From Roseateles aquae (lineage in GTDB: Bacteria > Pseudomonadota > Gammaproteobacteria > Burkholderiales > Burkholderiaceae_C): 64,000 nucleotides of DNA. The DNA is taken from positions 211,959-275,958 of the forward strand of contig NZ_JAVXZY010000003.1 of assembly GCF_032337115.1 (NCBI RefSeq), read 5' to 3'. Position 1 is the first letter of the stretch; each line of letters opens with the position of its first letter. The notes under the pieces are model-generated. The model did not search any database, was not told the origin of the DNA, and saw nothing but the letters and a program-made list of their open reading frames with translations. Shown piece after piece: positions 19,657 to 28,388 of the stretch. The translations under genes and the position numbers were made by a program.

Positions 19657-20360
19657 TGGGAAACATCAGCGGCAATGCCTATGCACTCACGGTGCTGTGC
19701 CCGATCAAGGCCGGGCTGGCGCCGGGCCGTGAGATCGCCCGCGCCGATGCGGTGCGCGAAACCATTCAGGACTGGAACCTGCTGCCAAACAGCCCGATGA
19801 CGCTGGTGCCGCAGACCTATCTCTGCCGTTTCTTTGTGCTTGATGACGTCTACACCGAGTCGCTGCCCGGTGGCAGCGCGCTGGACACGCTGGCCGATTT
19901 CCTGCCGGTTACGCCCGATGCCATGCGGCGCCGCGCGATGCCGGCGCAGGACCGGCTGCAGTCACGCTACCTGGTGTTCTCCTGCAACTTCCACGGTGGG
20001 CCGTCGGCCAATCTGGACGGCTACCTGGCCGGCATGTGGAGCAATATCCGCGCCGAGATCGAGTCGGTCTGGCAGCACTGCTACGGTTTCGAGCAGGTGC
20101 ATGACGCCGCGGGCTTCGTCGCCTACATGAAGAAGTGCCAGCTGGAGACCACGCTGTTCTTCGTCGGCTCCAACGACGAGCCCTTGCCCGAGCAGCTCAA
20201 GGCCCTGTATTTGAAGCAGGAGCTGGCCAAGTTCGCCGTCGAGAACCAGGGCCTGGATGCTGCCACGCTGCGCGCCAACTACCGCGCCTTCATCCGCCGC
20301 GTGCAGCCGCGCGAGCTCGCCGGCCCGACCTGGGCGCCGGGCAAGTACCGCGTCGAGTGA
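19656..20360 (+). CDS. Hypothetical protein, paralog B (translationally coupled to paralog A)
   Basis: Its ATG overlaps the TAA stop of paralog A (TAATG). The coding GC3 signal is good and the similarity to paralog A is clear. Confidence 0.6.
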   Translation: MGNISGNAYALTVLCPIKAGLAPGREIARADAVRETIQDWNLLPNSPMTLVPQTYLCRFFVLDDVYTESLPGGSALDTLADFLPVTPDAMRRRAMPAQDRLQSRYLVFSCNFHGGPSANLDGYLAGMWSNIRAEIESVWQHCYGFEQVHDAAGFVAYMKKCQLETTLFFVGSNDEPLPEQLKALYLKQELAKFAVENQGLDAATLRANYRAFIRRVQPRELAGPTWAPGKYRVE

Positions 20361-20400
20361 GCAGACCCAAGAGCATCCATCTACCGGGAGCGAAGACACC

Positions 20401-22002
20401 ATGACCCAGCAACTGGATCTGCCGGATATCCAAGGCAATGTGATCCGCCCCTACGGCCGCTTCGGCTATCCGGTCGGGCGCTATGTGTTCTACAACATCA
20501 AGGACTCGACCCTGGGCCGGGCCTTCGTTGCCGCACTGACTGCCAGAGTGACCACCTCGGTCGACTGGGGGCCAGGGCCGGACCAACGCCCGCAGCCCGA
20601 CTGGACGCTGAACCTGGCCTTCAGCTACCAGGGGCTGAAGAACCTGGACCTGCCGGTGGCCTCGCTGATCGGCTTTTCGCCCGAGTTCGTGCAGGGCATG
20701 AAGGACAGGCATGACATCCTCGGCGACAACGGCCCCAGCGCGCCCGAGCACTGGGACCCGATCTGGCGCGAGAACCGCGAAATCCGCGAGCGCGATGTGC
20801 ACATCTTTGTGCAGATCAATGCCCGCACGCCGGCGCTGCGCGAGGCCGGCTACCAATGGCTGCAGGCGCGGGTGGCGCAGTACGCCGAGGGCGTGAGCCT
20901 GCTGTCAGGCCATCGCGCAGACGAAGGTGCGTTGATCGACTATCAAGACGTCGAGATCATCTTCGAGAACGGCAAGCCCACCTCCAAGGAGCATTTCGGC
21001 TATACCGATGGCATCGGCGACCCGGCCTTCGAAGGCATGCCCAATGCCCCCGACTACGTGCTGGGCCGCGGCAAGCAGATGGCCGATGGCAGCTGGGCGC
21101 CGCTGGCCACCGGCGAATTTCTGCTCGGCCATATCGACGAGGCGCAGGAATACCCGCCGGCGCCGGACCCGCAGCTGCTTTCGCGCAATGGCAGCTATAT
21201 GGTCTATCGCAAGCTGCATGAAAACGTCGCCAGCTTCGAGGCCTATCTGGACCAGCATGCCGAGGCCTATGCGCGCAGCTGTGGCCAACATGGCGCCAGC
21301 GCCGCTGAACGGCGCGAGCTGCTGGCGGCCAAGTTCGTCGGCCGCTGGCGCGACAACGGCGCACCGCTGGTCAAGGCGCACGATTTCGCGGCCAAAAAGG
21401 TCTTCGATGCCCAGCTGGCCGCGGCCAACGATGCCGAGCAGGACAAGCTGCTCAGCAACTGGACCTATGACGAAGACATGAGCGGTGGCAAATGCCCGTT
21501 CTCGTCCCATATCCGCCGCATCAACCCACGCGCCTCTCTGCAGATGATCCGTGACCCCGGCGACAAACCCGGCTCGCTGAAGGTCAGCACCGATGCCTTC
21601 GACACGCCCGGTGCACTGAGCAACCGCCGCCGCGTGCTGCGCCGCGGCCTGCCCTATGGCCGCGTCAAGGACCGCAGCCGCAACGACGGCAACCACGGCA
21701 TCGTCATCATGATGCTCAACGCTGACATCAACCGCCAGTTCGAATTCGTTCAGCAGCAGTGGATCAACTACGGCAACGACTTCAAGGCCGGCAACGACAA
21801 GGAAATCCTGCTCGGCAACCACAGCGTCGATGAACGCTACCCGAGCAAGGCGGTGCTGCAGGTTGAGCCCGACAGCGAACATGCGCCTTACTTCCTCAGC
21901 AAGATCCCCCGCCTGGTCGAAACCCGCGGCGGCGAGTACTTCTTCGTACCCAGCATGACGGCGCTGCGGATGATCGCGAAGGGGCTGATTGATCCGACGT
22001 GA
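20401..22002 (+). CDS. DyP-type (dye-decolorizing) haem peroxidase, long form (533 aa)
   Basis: DyP hallmarks are an N-terminal DIQGNVI, the GxxDG motif (FGYTDGIGDP), GSYMVYRKLHENV, a proximal-His region (CPFSSHIRRINPR), RRGLPYG, and the C-terminal NRQFEFVQQQWIN...RGGEYFFVPS. The start was trimmed to MTQQLDL at 20401. Confidence 0.8.
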   Translation: MTQQLDLPDIQGNVIRPYGRFGYPVGRYVFYNIKDSTLGRAFVAALTARVTTSVDWGPGPDQRPQPDWTLNLAFSYQGLKNLDLPVASLIGFSPEFVQGMKDRHDILGDNGPSAPEHWDPIWRENREIRERDVHIFVQINARTPALREAGYQWLQARVAQYAEGVSLLSGHRADEGALIDYQDVEIIFENGKPTSKEHFGYTDGIGDPAFEGMPNAPDYVLGRGKQMADGSWAPLATGEFLLGHIDEAQEYPPAPDPQLLSRNGSYMVYRKLHENVASFEAYLDQHAEAYARSCGQHGASAAERRELLAAKFVGRWRDNGAPLVKAHDFAAKKVFDAQLAAANDAEQDKLLSNWTYDEDMSGGKCPFSSHIRRINPRASLQMIRDPGDKPGSLKVSTDAFDTPGALSNRRRVLRRGLPYGRVKDRSRNDGNHGIVIMMLNADINRQFEFVQQQWINYGNDFKAGNDKEILLGNHSVDERYPSKAVLQVEPDSEHAPYFLSKIPRLVETRGGEYFFVPSMTALRMIAKGLIDPT

Positions 22003-22062
22003 GGCTGTCTGTCATTGGGCACTGCCGGGCCGCGCCGCCATGGCTGTGATCGCGCGTCAAGC

Positions 22063-22542
22063 ATGAGTCTGTTCCTGTCTGCTTGCAAAGACGCCTTCCT
22101 GAATATGTGGGAAGGGCGGAGTGTGTTTGAGTTGCGCGCGGCCAGACGCGCTGCCATCGTCGCTGCAAGCCCTTGTCGGATTGCTGCCGCTGGGCTGCTC
22201 TGGCCCGCGACCGAAACGGTCGACGCCGCCCTCGTTGATCCAGCGACGCGATTTCCCCACACGGCGCAAGCCCATCACGGGATCGCGGACAGCCTGCGCT
22301 GCGCCGCTGATGTCGTCTGGCTTTCTGTGTCCGCGGGCGAAGCCCGACGTTACTTGGATGCCTGTGAGGGCGTCGACCTTGCGATCGAGCGCCTCAAGAC
22401 TTGCTTTGCCAAGCTGGAGGCGATCTTCATCGAAGATGACTTCCTCAGTGACTGGGAAATTGCGCGGATCGCTGCAAGCGTGGCTCCCATTCGTCTGGAA
22501 TGGCGACAGGGGCTTTGCGTCGATGGCCGGTATGGGCGTTAG
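22063..22542 (+). CDS. Hypothetical protein (atypical codon usage, low confidence)
   Basis: 159-aa ORF in a locally lower-GC stretch with many A/T-ending codons, unlike neighbouring genes. No family was recognised. Its stop lies directly against the left palindromic repeat. Confidence 0.3.
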   Translation: MSLFLSACKDAFLNMWEGRSVFELRAARRAAIVAASPCRIAAAGLLWPATETVDAALVDPATRFPHTAQAHHGIADSLRCAADVVWLSVSAGEARRYLDACEGVDLAIERLKTCFAKLEAIFIEDDFLSDWEIARIAASVAPIRLEWRQGLCVDGRYGR

Positions 22543-22545
22543 TTT

Positions 22546-22654
22546 CGTAGGGCGGGTCATTAGACCCGCGCTGCGCCCTAGCAAATAGCTGGTCAGTGAC
22601 GTGCTATTGAAAAAGGCGGGTTACGCCTTTGGCTAACCCGGCCTACGTGGCTCG
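22546..22654. repeat. Composite palindromic repeat, copy 1 (hairpin GCGGGTC-N3-GACCCGC plus hairpin GGCGGGTTACGCC...GGCTAACCCGGCC), ends CGTAGGG...CCTACG
   Basis: About 85% identical to a second copy at 24605-24738. The two copies are in direct orientation and bracket a two-gene segment. Confidence 0.7.
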
Positions 22655-22659
22655 ATGAC

Positions 22660-23313
22660 TCAGACCGTCTCGACCTGCCTGTCCAGCTTTTGCTGCGCCC
22701 AGTAGCCGAAGTTCACGCTGATGTTCTCGTCCAGATTGGCCAGGTCCGCGGCCTGCTGGCTGAACAGCTCCATCATCTGCCCGAGCAGATTGAACTGCTC
22801 TTCGGTCCATTTGGACATGGTGTTCGGCTCGCCGAGGTCGCGCTGGTGTTGCAGCAGGCTGGCCCAGCTTTGTGCCCATTGCTGCAGCAGCTGCTGGCTC
22901 TGCTGGCGGCTGGCTTGCTGCAGTGCGTTCAGCTCGTCCAGCGTCTGCAAGGGTTGGGTGTTCCAGCTCCAGACGGAGGCGGCGAGCACCGCGTTGTCGC
23001 GGCTGCGCTGGACCCAGGCCGCCCAGGGGCGCAGACCGCGCAGCGGCAGCTTGATGTGGACGCTGGCCCAGTCGGCCCAGTTCGGCAGCTCGGCAGTGTC
23101 GGCCTGCGCGATGCCAGTTGGCGACAGCAGCGCGGGCAGCTGCCTCCCGGCTGGCAGCGACACAAGGGCGTGGGAACTGGCCTCGTCATCAACCTCGGTG
23201 AGCGATTCGGATGAGTGCCAGTCGCCACTCTCGGGAGCGGTCTCGTCGATGTCTTCAAAGTCGGTTGAGTGGGTCGAATGGGCCGTGCTGCTGCGGCGTT
23301 TGGACGTGGACAT
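22660..23313 (-). CDS. Hypothetical Gln/Trp-rich protein (possibly PHA-granule associated)
   Basis: Starts at an ATG (MSTSKRR) 7 nt after a GGAG RBS. Acidic N-terminus and Q/W-rich C-terminus. Co-directional with and downstream of the PHB-depolymerase-family gene. Function is a guess. Confidence 0.45.
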   Translation of the reverse strand: MSTSKRRSSTAHSTHSTDFEDIDETAPESGDWHSSESLTEVDDEASSHALVSLPAGRQLPALLSPTGIAQADTAELPNWADWASVHIKLPLRGLRPWAAWVQRSRDNAVLAASVWSWNTQPLQTLDELNALQQASRQQSQQLLQQWAQSWASLLQHQRDLGEPNTMSKWTEEQFNLLGQMMELFSQQAADLANLDENISVNFGYWAQQKLDRQVETV

Positions 23314-23382
23314 GAGCTTCTCCAATCAAAAGGGGGGTGAGGAACCAGTCTGTCGATCAGCGTGCTGCCAGCGCTCAGGCGC

Positions 23383-24456
23383 TCAGGCGCCCAGGCAGCT
23401 GAGCATGTCGTGGATCGCCTTGATCTGCACGGCCTGCTGCGAGAAGTAGTCAGGGGCCCTGGCGTCGGCGGCGCTATAGCCCCACCAGTCCCAGCAACCA
23501 TCGGGGTTCTGGGCCTTGTTGTTGTCGCGCCCCTCGGCCTGGGGATAGAGCACGATCAGATGGTTGCTGTCTGCCATCTGGTTGTAGCCGGTGCTGGTGA
23601 CGTAGCGGGTGCCGTAGGGGGGCTGATTGGCCTTGTCGAGGCGGCCGTAGAGAAAGTCGGTATAGGCGTAGCCCTGCTTGCAGCCGTGCAGCGCGATATG
23701 CACGCGCGCTGGCGCGCCGTCGAGCACGGCCTGCGGGATGTAGATATAGCCCAAGCGGCTCATGCTGGCGCGGTCGCGGTCGCCAATGAAGGGGCTTTGA
23801 TCGAAGCGCAGCAGCTGGCCGGTGAGCCGCTCGGCCGGAGCTTGGAGGTCGGGATAGAGATGGCGCAGGATGTCGTGCGATTGCATGAAGCCGCCGTTGT
23901 TCAGGTAGGGCGGGCAGTTCTGCGACAGCTCGGAATCCTCGGGGTTGCTGGTGATCAGCGAATGCCCGGCCGGCACATTGTCCACATAGGCCAGGCGCTC
24001 GCCGCTGATGCCCAGCGCCTCGTAGAAGGCGCGGGTCTGCGCCACCACCAGCGGATGCACGACCTGATCGCGGCTGCCGGTGAACAGGTAGACACGCTGG
24101 GACGCCAGATGGCTGAGCGGGTCGATCAGCCGGTCGGCCTCGGCCTCGCGGGCCAGCTGCAGGCAGCGCCGGGCGCTGGGTGCCGTGCTCTCGGTCAGCG
24201 GTGCCATGCCGATCTGCATGGCGGTGAGGATGCAGGCATCCTCGGCCAGCGGCGCCGCAGCCGGAAACAACTCGGCGCAGCGATACGGCCCGCCGGCGAC
24301 GATGCCGGCGCCAACGAAGCTGGCCGAGTGCGCAAGGTGCAGCTGCACCGTCATGAAGGCGCCCGAGGACAGGCCGGAGACCGAGCTTTGCCCGCGCTCC
24401 ACCTTGAGCTTGAGGGTGGACAGATCGAGCACCTCGGACGAAGAAAATGCTGTCAT
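23383..24456 (-). CDS. PHB-depolymerase-family esterase (alpha/beta hydrolase)
   Basis: C-terminal motifs LHGCKQGY, NHLIVLYPQAEG and NPDGCWDWWGY are typical of the esterase/PHB depolymerase family. The start was trimmed to MTAFSSS and there is no signal peptide. Confidence 0.7.
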   Translation of the reverse strand: MTAFSSSEVLDLSTLKLKVERGQSSVSGLSSGAFMTVQLHLAHSASFVGAGIVAGGPYRCAELFPAAAPLAEDACILTAMQIGMAPLTESTAPSARRCLQLAREAEADRLIDPLSHLASQRVYLFTGSRDQVVHPLVVAQTRAFYEALGISGERLAYVDNVPAGHSLITSNPEDSELSQNCPPYLNNGGFMQSHDILRHLYPDLQAPAERLTGQLLRFDQSPFIGDRDRASMSRLGYIYIPQAVLDGAPARVHIALHGCKQGYAYTDFLYGRLDKANQPPYGTRYVTSTGYNQMADSNHLIVLYPQAEGRDNNKAQNPDGCWDWWGYSAADARAPDYFSQQAVQIKAIHDMLSCLGA

Positions 24457-24604
24457 ACACCGCTCCTTGCGCGATGGAATCGAAGCGAAGCGAATCGAAG
24501 CAAGGTCAGGCCTTGGAGACCCAGGGCAGCTGCTTCGTACTGGAGCGTATGGTGGACTGCGAGACTTGTCGTTTTGATGACGCCGCAATGACGCGGCTAC
24601 GCAG

Positions 24605-24738
24605 TAGGGCGGGTCAATCGACCCGCGCGGCACCTTTGGCTCGGCTACTGTTCGTCACAAGGGCTTCCGACGCGTACCGGTAAATGACGTGCCGTTGGGG
24701 AAGGCGGGTTACGCCGTTGGCTAACCCGGCCTACGCCG
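24605..24738. repeat. Composite palindromic repeat, copy 2
   Basis: Shares GTAGGGCGGGTCA(AT)CGACCCGCGC and ...GACGTGCCGTTGGGGAAGGCGGGTTACGCCGTTGGCTAACCCGGCCTACG with copy 1. The middle section is longer. Confidence 0.7.
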
Positions 24739-24779
24739 TGACACGGTGCGTGACCGCGCCAGCGAACGCGCAGCTGCGC

Positions 24780-25796
24780 TCAGATCGTCCAGTCCACCGG
24801 CTCCCGCCGCGGCACGCCGTTCTGCGCATGCCTGAAGGTCGAGATCGCCGCATAGACGATCTTGCGGGCGCGGTTGATGCCGCCCAGCGGCCGGTGTTCA
24901 GGCAGGCTGTGCCAGGGCGTGAAGGACAGGTTCTCGCCGAACACGCGCTGGGCCGGGCTGTCGAACTGCTGGGCCGGGATGCGGATGGCGGCCACTTTGC
25001 GAAACGTCGATAGCGCCTCCGGCCACTCGATGCTGGGGTCTTCGATCGGCATGGCGGCGGCATCGGTCTGCAGCTGCACGGCGAAGTCGTAGACCACCTC
25101 CTTGCGGGCCAGCTGGCGGACCATGGCCTCGCGCAGATAGTCGTCGCCAGGTGAATCGGGAATCGTGTCGGTGGCGGGCGCGCGCGGGATGGCCGAGTAC
25201 TTGACGGCCCGCGTGCCCAGCAGATACGGCGTGGTGCTCCAGTAGCGCAGCTGCAGCGGATTGGCATGTTTCTTCATCGAGCGCAGCAGATTGCCGGCCA
25301 CATGCCAGTGGGTCAAAAAGAAGCAGAGCTTGGCCCACAGGCTGCCGGTCAAGGCCTTGATCAAATCGTCGAACTCCTCGACATCGCGGGTCACGAAAAC
25401 CGGCGTGCTGATGACGATGAAATCCTGCGTGCGCTCCTGCCGCTCGGCCTCCAGCAGCTTGTCGCCGGGCACGCCCATCAGCTTGATGGCCATGCCGCGG
25501 ATATCGGCGTTGATGTCGGGCTGAATCGTGCCATCCTGGTTGGAAAAACGTATCCAGGCCGGGTAGGTCTTGCCGGGCTCGGCGAACACGCCAATGCGCA
25601 GTTCTTCCGGCAGATCGGGTTCGACGATGAACTCGGCGCGCACCAGCCCGTGCATCTTGGGATGGGCATCGCGGCGCATCGGGCCGCCGGCGTTGTCGCG
25701 AACGATCTTGGCCTGCAGGCGCGCCGCCAGATCGTTGATGCACTGGGCTTCATTGGCGGGTGGAGATTCCAGCGCGGAGAGTTTGCTATCGCTCAT
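24780..25796 (-). CDS. Catalase-related haem protein (small catalase-like peroxidase/allene-oxide-synthase-like family)
   Basis: Distal-His region RRDAHPKMHGLVRAEF as in catalase-core proteins, in a 338-aa protein that is too short for a true catalase. The start was trimmed to MSDSKLS. Confidence 0.55.
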   Translation of the reverse strand: MSDSKLSALESPPANEAQCINDLAARLQAKIVRDNAGGPMRRDAHPKMHGLVRAEFIVEPDLPEELRIGVFAEPGKTYPAWIRFSNQDGTIQPDINADIRGMAIKLMGVPGDKLLEAERQERTQDFIVISTPVFVTRDVEEFDDLIKALTGSLWAKLCFFLTHWHVAGNLLRSMKKHANPLQLRYWSTTPYLLGTRAVKYSAIPRAPATDTIPDSPGDDYLREAMVRQLARKEVVYDFAVQLQTDAAAMPIEDPSIEWPEALSTFRKVAAIRIPAQQFDSPAQRVFGENLSFTPWHSLPEHRPLGGINRARKIVYAAISTFRHAQNGVPRREPVDWTI

Positions 25797-25946
25797 GCAT
25801 TCATCCTCGATCTGTGCTGCCCGTTCAAGTGGGCGGAGTATGTCACTCGCTGCCTGCGGCTGCCAGCGCCACCTCGATGATCGGCAATCTTGCGGATGTG
25901 CTGCGTGCCCGGCTGTGTCAGAGTCCAGCGTCGGGAGGCTTTGTTT

Positions 25947-27236
25947 ATGACGAATTGCTCTGTGCGGCTGTCTACAACCCTGCGGTCTTTGCTGGCGCGC
26001 TTCATCGCTGCCGCGCTGTTGCCGGCGAGCCTGCTCTGCCATGCAGCGGGTGCCGAGCCCTCGGCCACTGCCGCGTCGAACCCTCAGGCTTCCGCCAGCG
26101 CGGCCCAGGGTGACAGCAAGCAGGGCAACAACGAGAAGGGCAATAAGGATTCGAATCCGGAGGGCAAGAACAGCGGGCCCAATCCAGCGCCCAACCAAGG
26201 GCCCAGAAAACCTGAAGCGCCGGCAAGTCCGGCGAGCGCAGCGACGCTGCAACTGCATGCTGCGCCGGCGCAGCTGCGCAGCTGGCCTCTAGCGGTGTTT
26301 GTGGCTACTGACCTGACGGCAGCGGAGCAGCCTGTACTGAAGCTCCATTTTGGTCATTCGGTACGCACCGCAGAAGACAGCTATTGCGTGTTGGAAAACC
26401 CCCAGGTGCAGCGACATGCCAAATGGATGGATGGGCCTGCAACGATGCGCGGAGTGGAAACTCAGAATGCTGGTCCACATGTTTCAACAACGACGGAGCT
26501 GAACGGAACCCTGCTGCTCTTCAATGCGGAACAGAACACTGACAAGTGCCATATTCCTCTGAGCAATTCGGTGACGCGAGTGCGGCCTCAGCTGCTCTGG
26601 CAGCAGCCGGGCTGCACGGATTGCAGCGTGATCGCCGAGCAGCCCCTGCTGCTGGGGACGCCTTTGATAGCTGCCGGCTGGAGTGCATTGCTGTTGATTG
26701 GCTTTACCGGCCTGCTCAAGCTGCTGTGTGGGCGCCAGCACCGCTTGATCGAACTCTTGCTAAAGGATGGCAGGCTCTCGCTGGCCAAATGGCAGATGGC
26801 CTTGTGGACCTATGCGATCGGTTTCGTGCTGCTCTACATCTTCTTGCTCCGGCTCGATTTCAGCAGTCCACCGGAAACGCTCTACCTCTTGATGTTCTCG
26901 GCAACGGCAACCGCCTGGATCAGCCGCCTTGCCGGCCCGCCGCTGCCACCGGCAGGGGCTTTGGCAATGCCCCTGCCGGAGACCCGTGGCGCCGAGCTGC
27001 CTGTTTGGCGCTGGAGCGATCTGCTGTCGGCGCCGGACGGCGATCCCGAGGGCGCCCGACTGGCATTGAGCCGAGCGCAGATGTTTTTCTGGACTGTGGT
27101 CTTGGCCTTGGCATTTGTCGTCAAGAGCATGTTGCTGTCTGCCGTTTGGAGCATTCCTATAGAGGTCCTGGCGCTGATGGGGGTCAGCCAACTTGGCTAC
27201 CTCGGCGGCAAGTATGGGGGAGGCCTCGCGCGCTGA
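25947..27236 (+). CDS. Hypothetical secreted/membrane protein (signal peptide, N/P/K/G-rich disordered region, Cys-containing periplasmic domain, 4 C-terminal TM helices)
   Basis: The RBS GGGAGG precedes ATG at 25947. The signal peptide is ...ASLLCHAAG. Four hydrophobic helices follow residue about 230. No family was recognised. Confidence 0.55.
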   Translation: MTNCSVRLSTTLRSLLARFIAAALLPASLLCHAAGAEPSATAASNPQASASAAQGDSKQGNNEKGNKDSNPEGKNSGPNPAPNQGPRKPEAPASPASAATLQLHAAPAQLRSWPLAVFVATDLTAAEQPVLKLHFGHSVRTAEDSYCVLENPQVQRHAKWMDGPATMRGVETQNAGPHVSTTTELNGTLLLFNAEQNTDKCHIPLSNSVTRVRPQLLWQQPGCTDCSVIAEQPLLLGTPLIAAGWSALLLIGFTGLLKLLCGRQHRLIELLLKDGRLSLAKWQMALWTYAIGFVLLYIFLLRLDFSSPPETLYLLMFSATATAWISRLAGPPLPPAGALAMPLPETRGAELPVWRWSDLLSAPDGDPEGARLALSRAQMFFWTVVLALAFVVKSMLLSAVWSIPIEVLALMGVSQLGYLGGKYGGGLAR

Positions 27237-27322
27237 CCTGCGGTGTGCTGGCAAATGGGGATGGCCAGCGCCGGTGCCCACGCTAGAGTCAGGGCCTCCT
27301 ATGCATGCAAGGAGTCCCAGCC

Positions 27323-28366
27323 ATGCCCAGCTATCAATCCCCCGGCCTGACCCTGAGCCTGAACTGCACGGCGCCGCGCGACACCATCGTCGAGCTGCAG
27401 CGTGATCTGCGCGCCTTGGGCTATCTGCGCGGGGGCATCGATGGCAGCTTCGGGCCGGGCACACAGGCGGCGGTGGCGGCCCTGCAGTACGATCTGCTAC
27501 ACAACGATGGCAGTTCCAAGGGCGGCGACGGCGCGGCGCCGGTGGCCATCAAGAGTTTCAACGGCGCGGGCGGCGTGGCGCCGGTGGCGGCCGTCACCGG
27601 CGTGTTCGATCAGTCGCTGGCGGCCTGCCTGGTGGCGCTGCGCGGCGATACGCGCATCCCCACGCTGCCGGAGGCGCAGGACCCGGCGGCCGAGAACGCC
27701 CGCGCGATGGCCGCGGTGGCCAACAGCCGCAGCACGGTGGCACCGACGCCCTTCATCCTGGCCATCGTCAAGCAGGAAAGCAGCGGCCAGCATTTCCAGC
27801 TGCCCACCCACAGCAGCAGCGACAGCTTCATCACCGTCGGCCTGGACCGCAACAATGCCGCCAGCCCGCAGCAGATCACCTCGCGCGGCTTTGGCCTGGG
27901 CCAGTACACGCTGTTCCATCACCCGCCACGCGCCGAGGAGGTGGCCGACTTCATGCTCGATCCGGTGCGCAATGTCGAACGGGCGCAGCAGGAGCTGCGC
28001 GACAAGTTCGATCACTTCGTTGCCGGGCCGAGCGACACGGCCGACGACCGTCTGGCCGAGCACCCGCTGATCAGCCTGCGCCTGTGCCGCTATCAGCCGA
28101 GCGACAGCCGCTATATGCGCGACTGCGCCAACTGCGCGCGCGCGGTGCGCACGCTCACCCTTGGCGTTGGCACGCCGTTTTTTGCCGGCGCCAGCGGCAG
28201 CTATCAAACCACGCAGTACTACAGCACGCTGCCCTACCTGAACGTGCCGGACCGGGCCGAGTTCCTCTGCGACTGGCCCTATGCGGTGCGGCGCTACAAC
28301 GGCTCGGGCGTCAATTCCTTCCACTACCAGACCCGCGTGCTGCTGAACCTCGCAGCGCAGGCGTGA
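27323..28366 (+). CDS. Peptidoglycan-binding-domain protein with a lytic-transglycosylase (SLT/lysozyme-like) domain, no signal peptide
   Basis: RBS AAGGAG. The N-terminal PG_binding_1-like repeat reads ELQRDLRALGYLRGGIDGSFGPGTQAAVAALQ. The SLT-like motifs are AIVKQESSGQHFQ and SRGFGLGQYT. Confidence 0.6.
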   Translation: MPSYQSPGLTLSLNCTAPRDTIVELQRDLRALGYLRGGIDGSFGPGTQAAVAALQYDLLHNDGSSKGGDGAAPVAIKSFNGAGGVAPVAAVTGVFDQSLAACLVALRGDTRIPTLPEAQDPAAENARAMAAVANSRSTVAPTPFILAIVKQESSGQHFQLPTHSSSDSFITVGLDRNNAASPQQITSRGFGLGQYTLFHHPPRAEEVADFMLDPVRNVERAQQELRDKFDHFVAGPSDTADDRLAEHPLISLRLCRYQPSDSRYMRDCANCARAVRTLTLGVGTPFFAGASGSYQTTQYYSTLPYLNVPDRAEFLCDWPYAVRRYNGSGVNSFHYQTRVLLNLAAQA

Positions 28367-28388
28367 ACAAGAAACTTTGGAGCTTCCC

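Noticed and set aside
22057-22584. Minus-strand 175-aa ORF opposite the low-confidence gene 22063-22542
   Set aside because: It has no start context and its translation is Gly/Arg/Ser-rich. The plus-strand frame has the better, still weak, coding look, and only that one is reported, at low confidence.
22546-24738. Integron attC (59-be) identity for the composite palindromic repeats
   Set aside because: The RYYYAAC/GTTRRRY-like cores (GGCTAAC/GTTACGC) sit adjacent within one small hairpin rather than at opposite ends of the element. No intI or attI is in the window and there are only two copies. This is kept as a possibility in the findings but not called.
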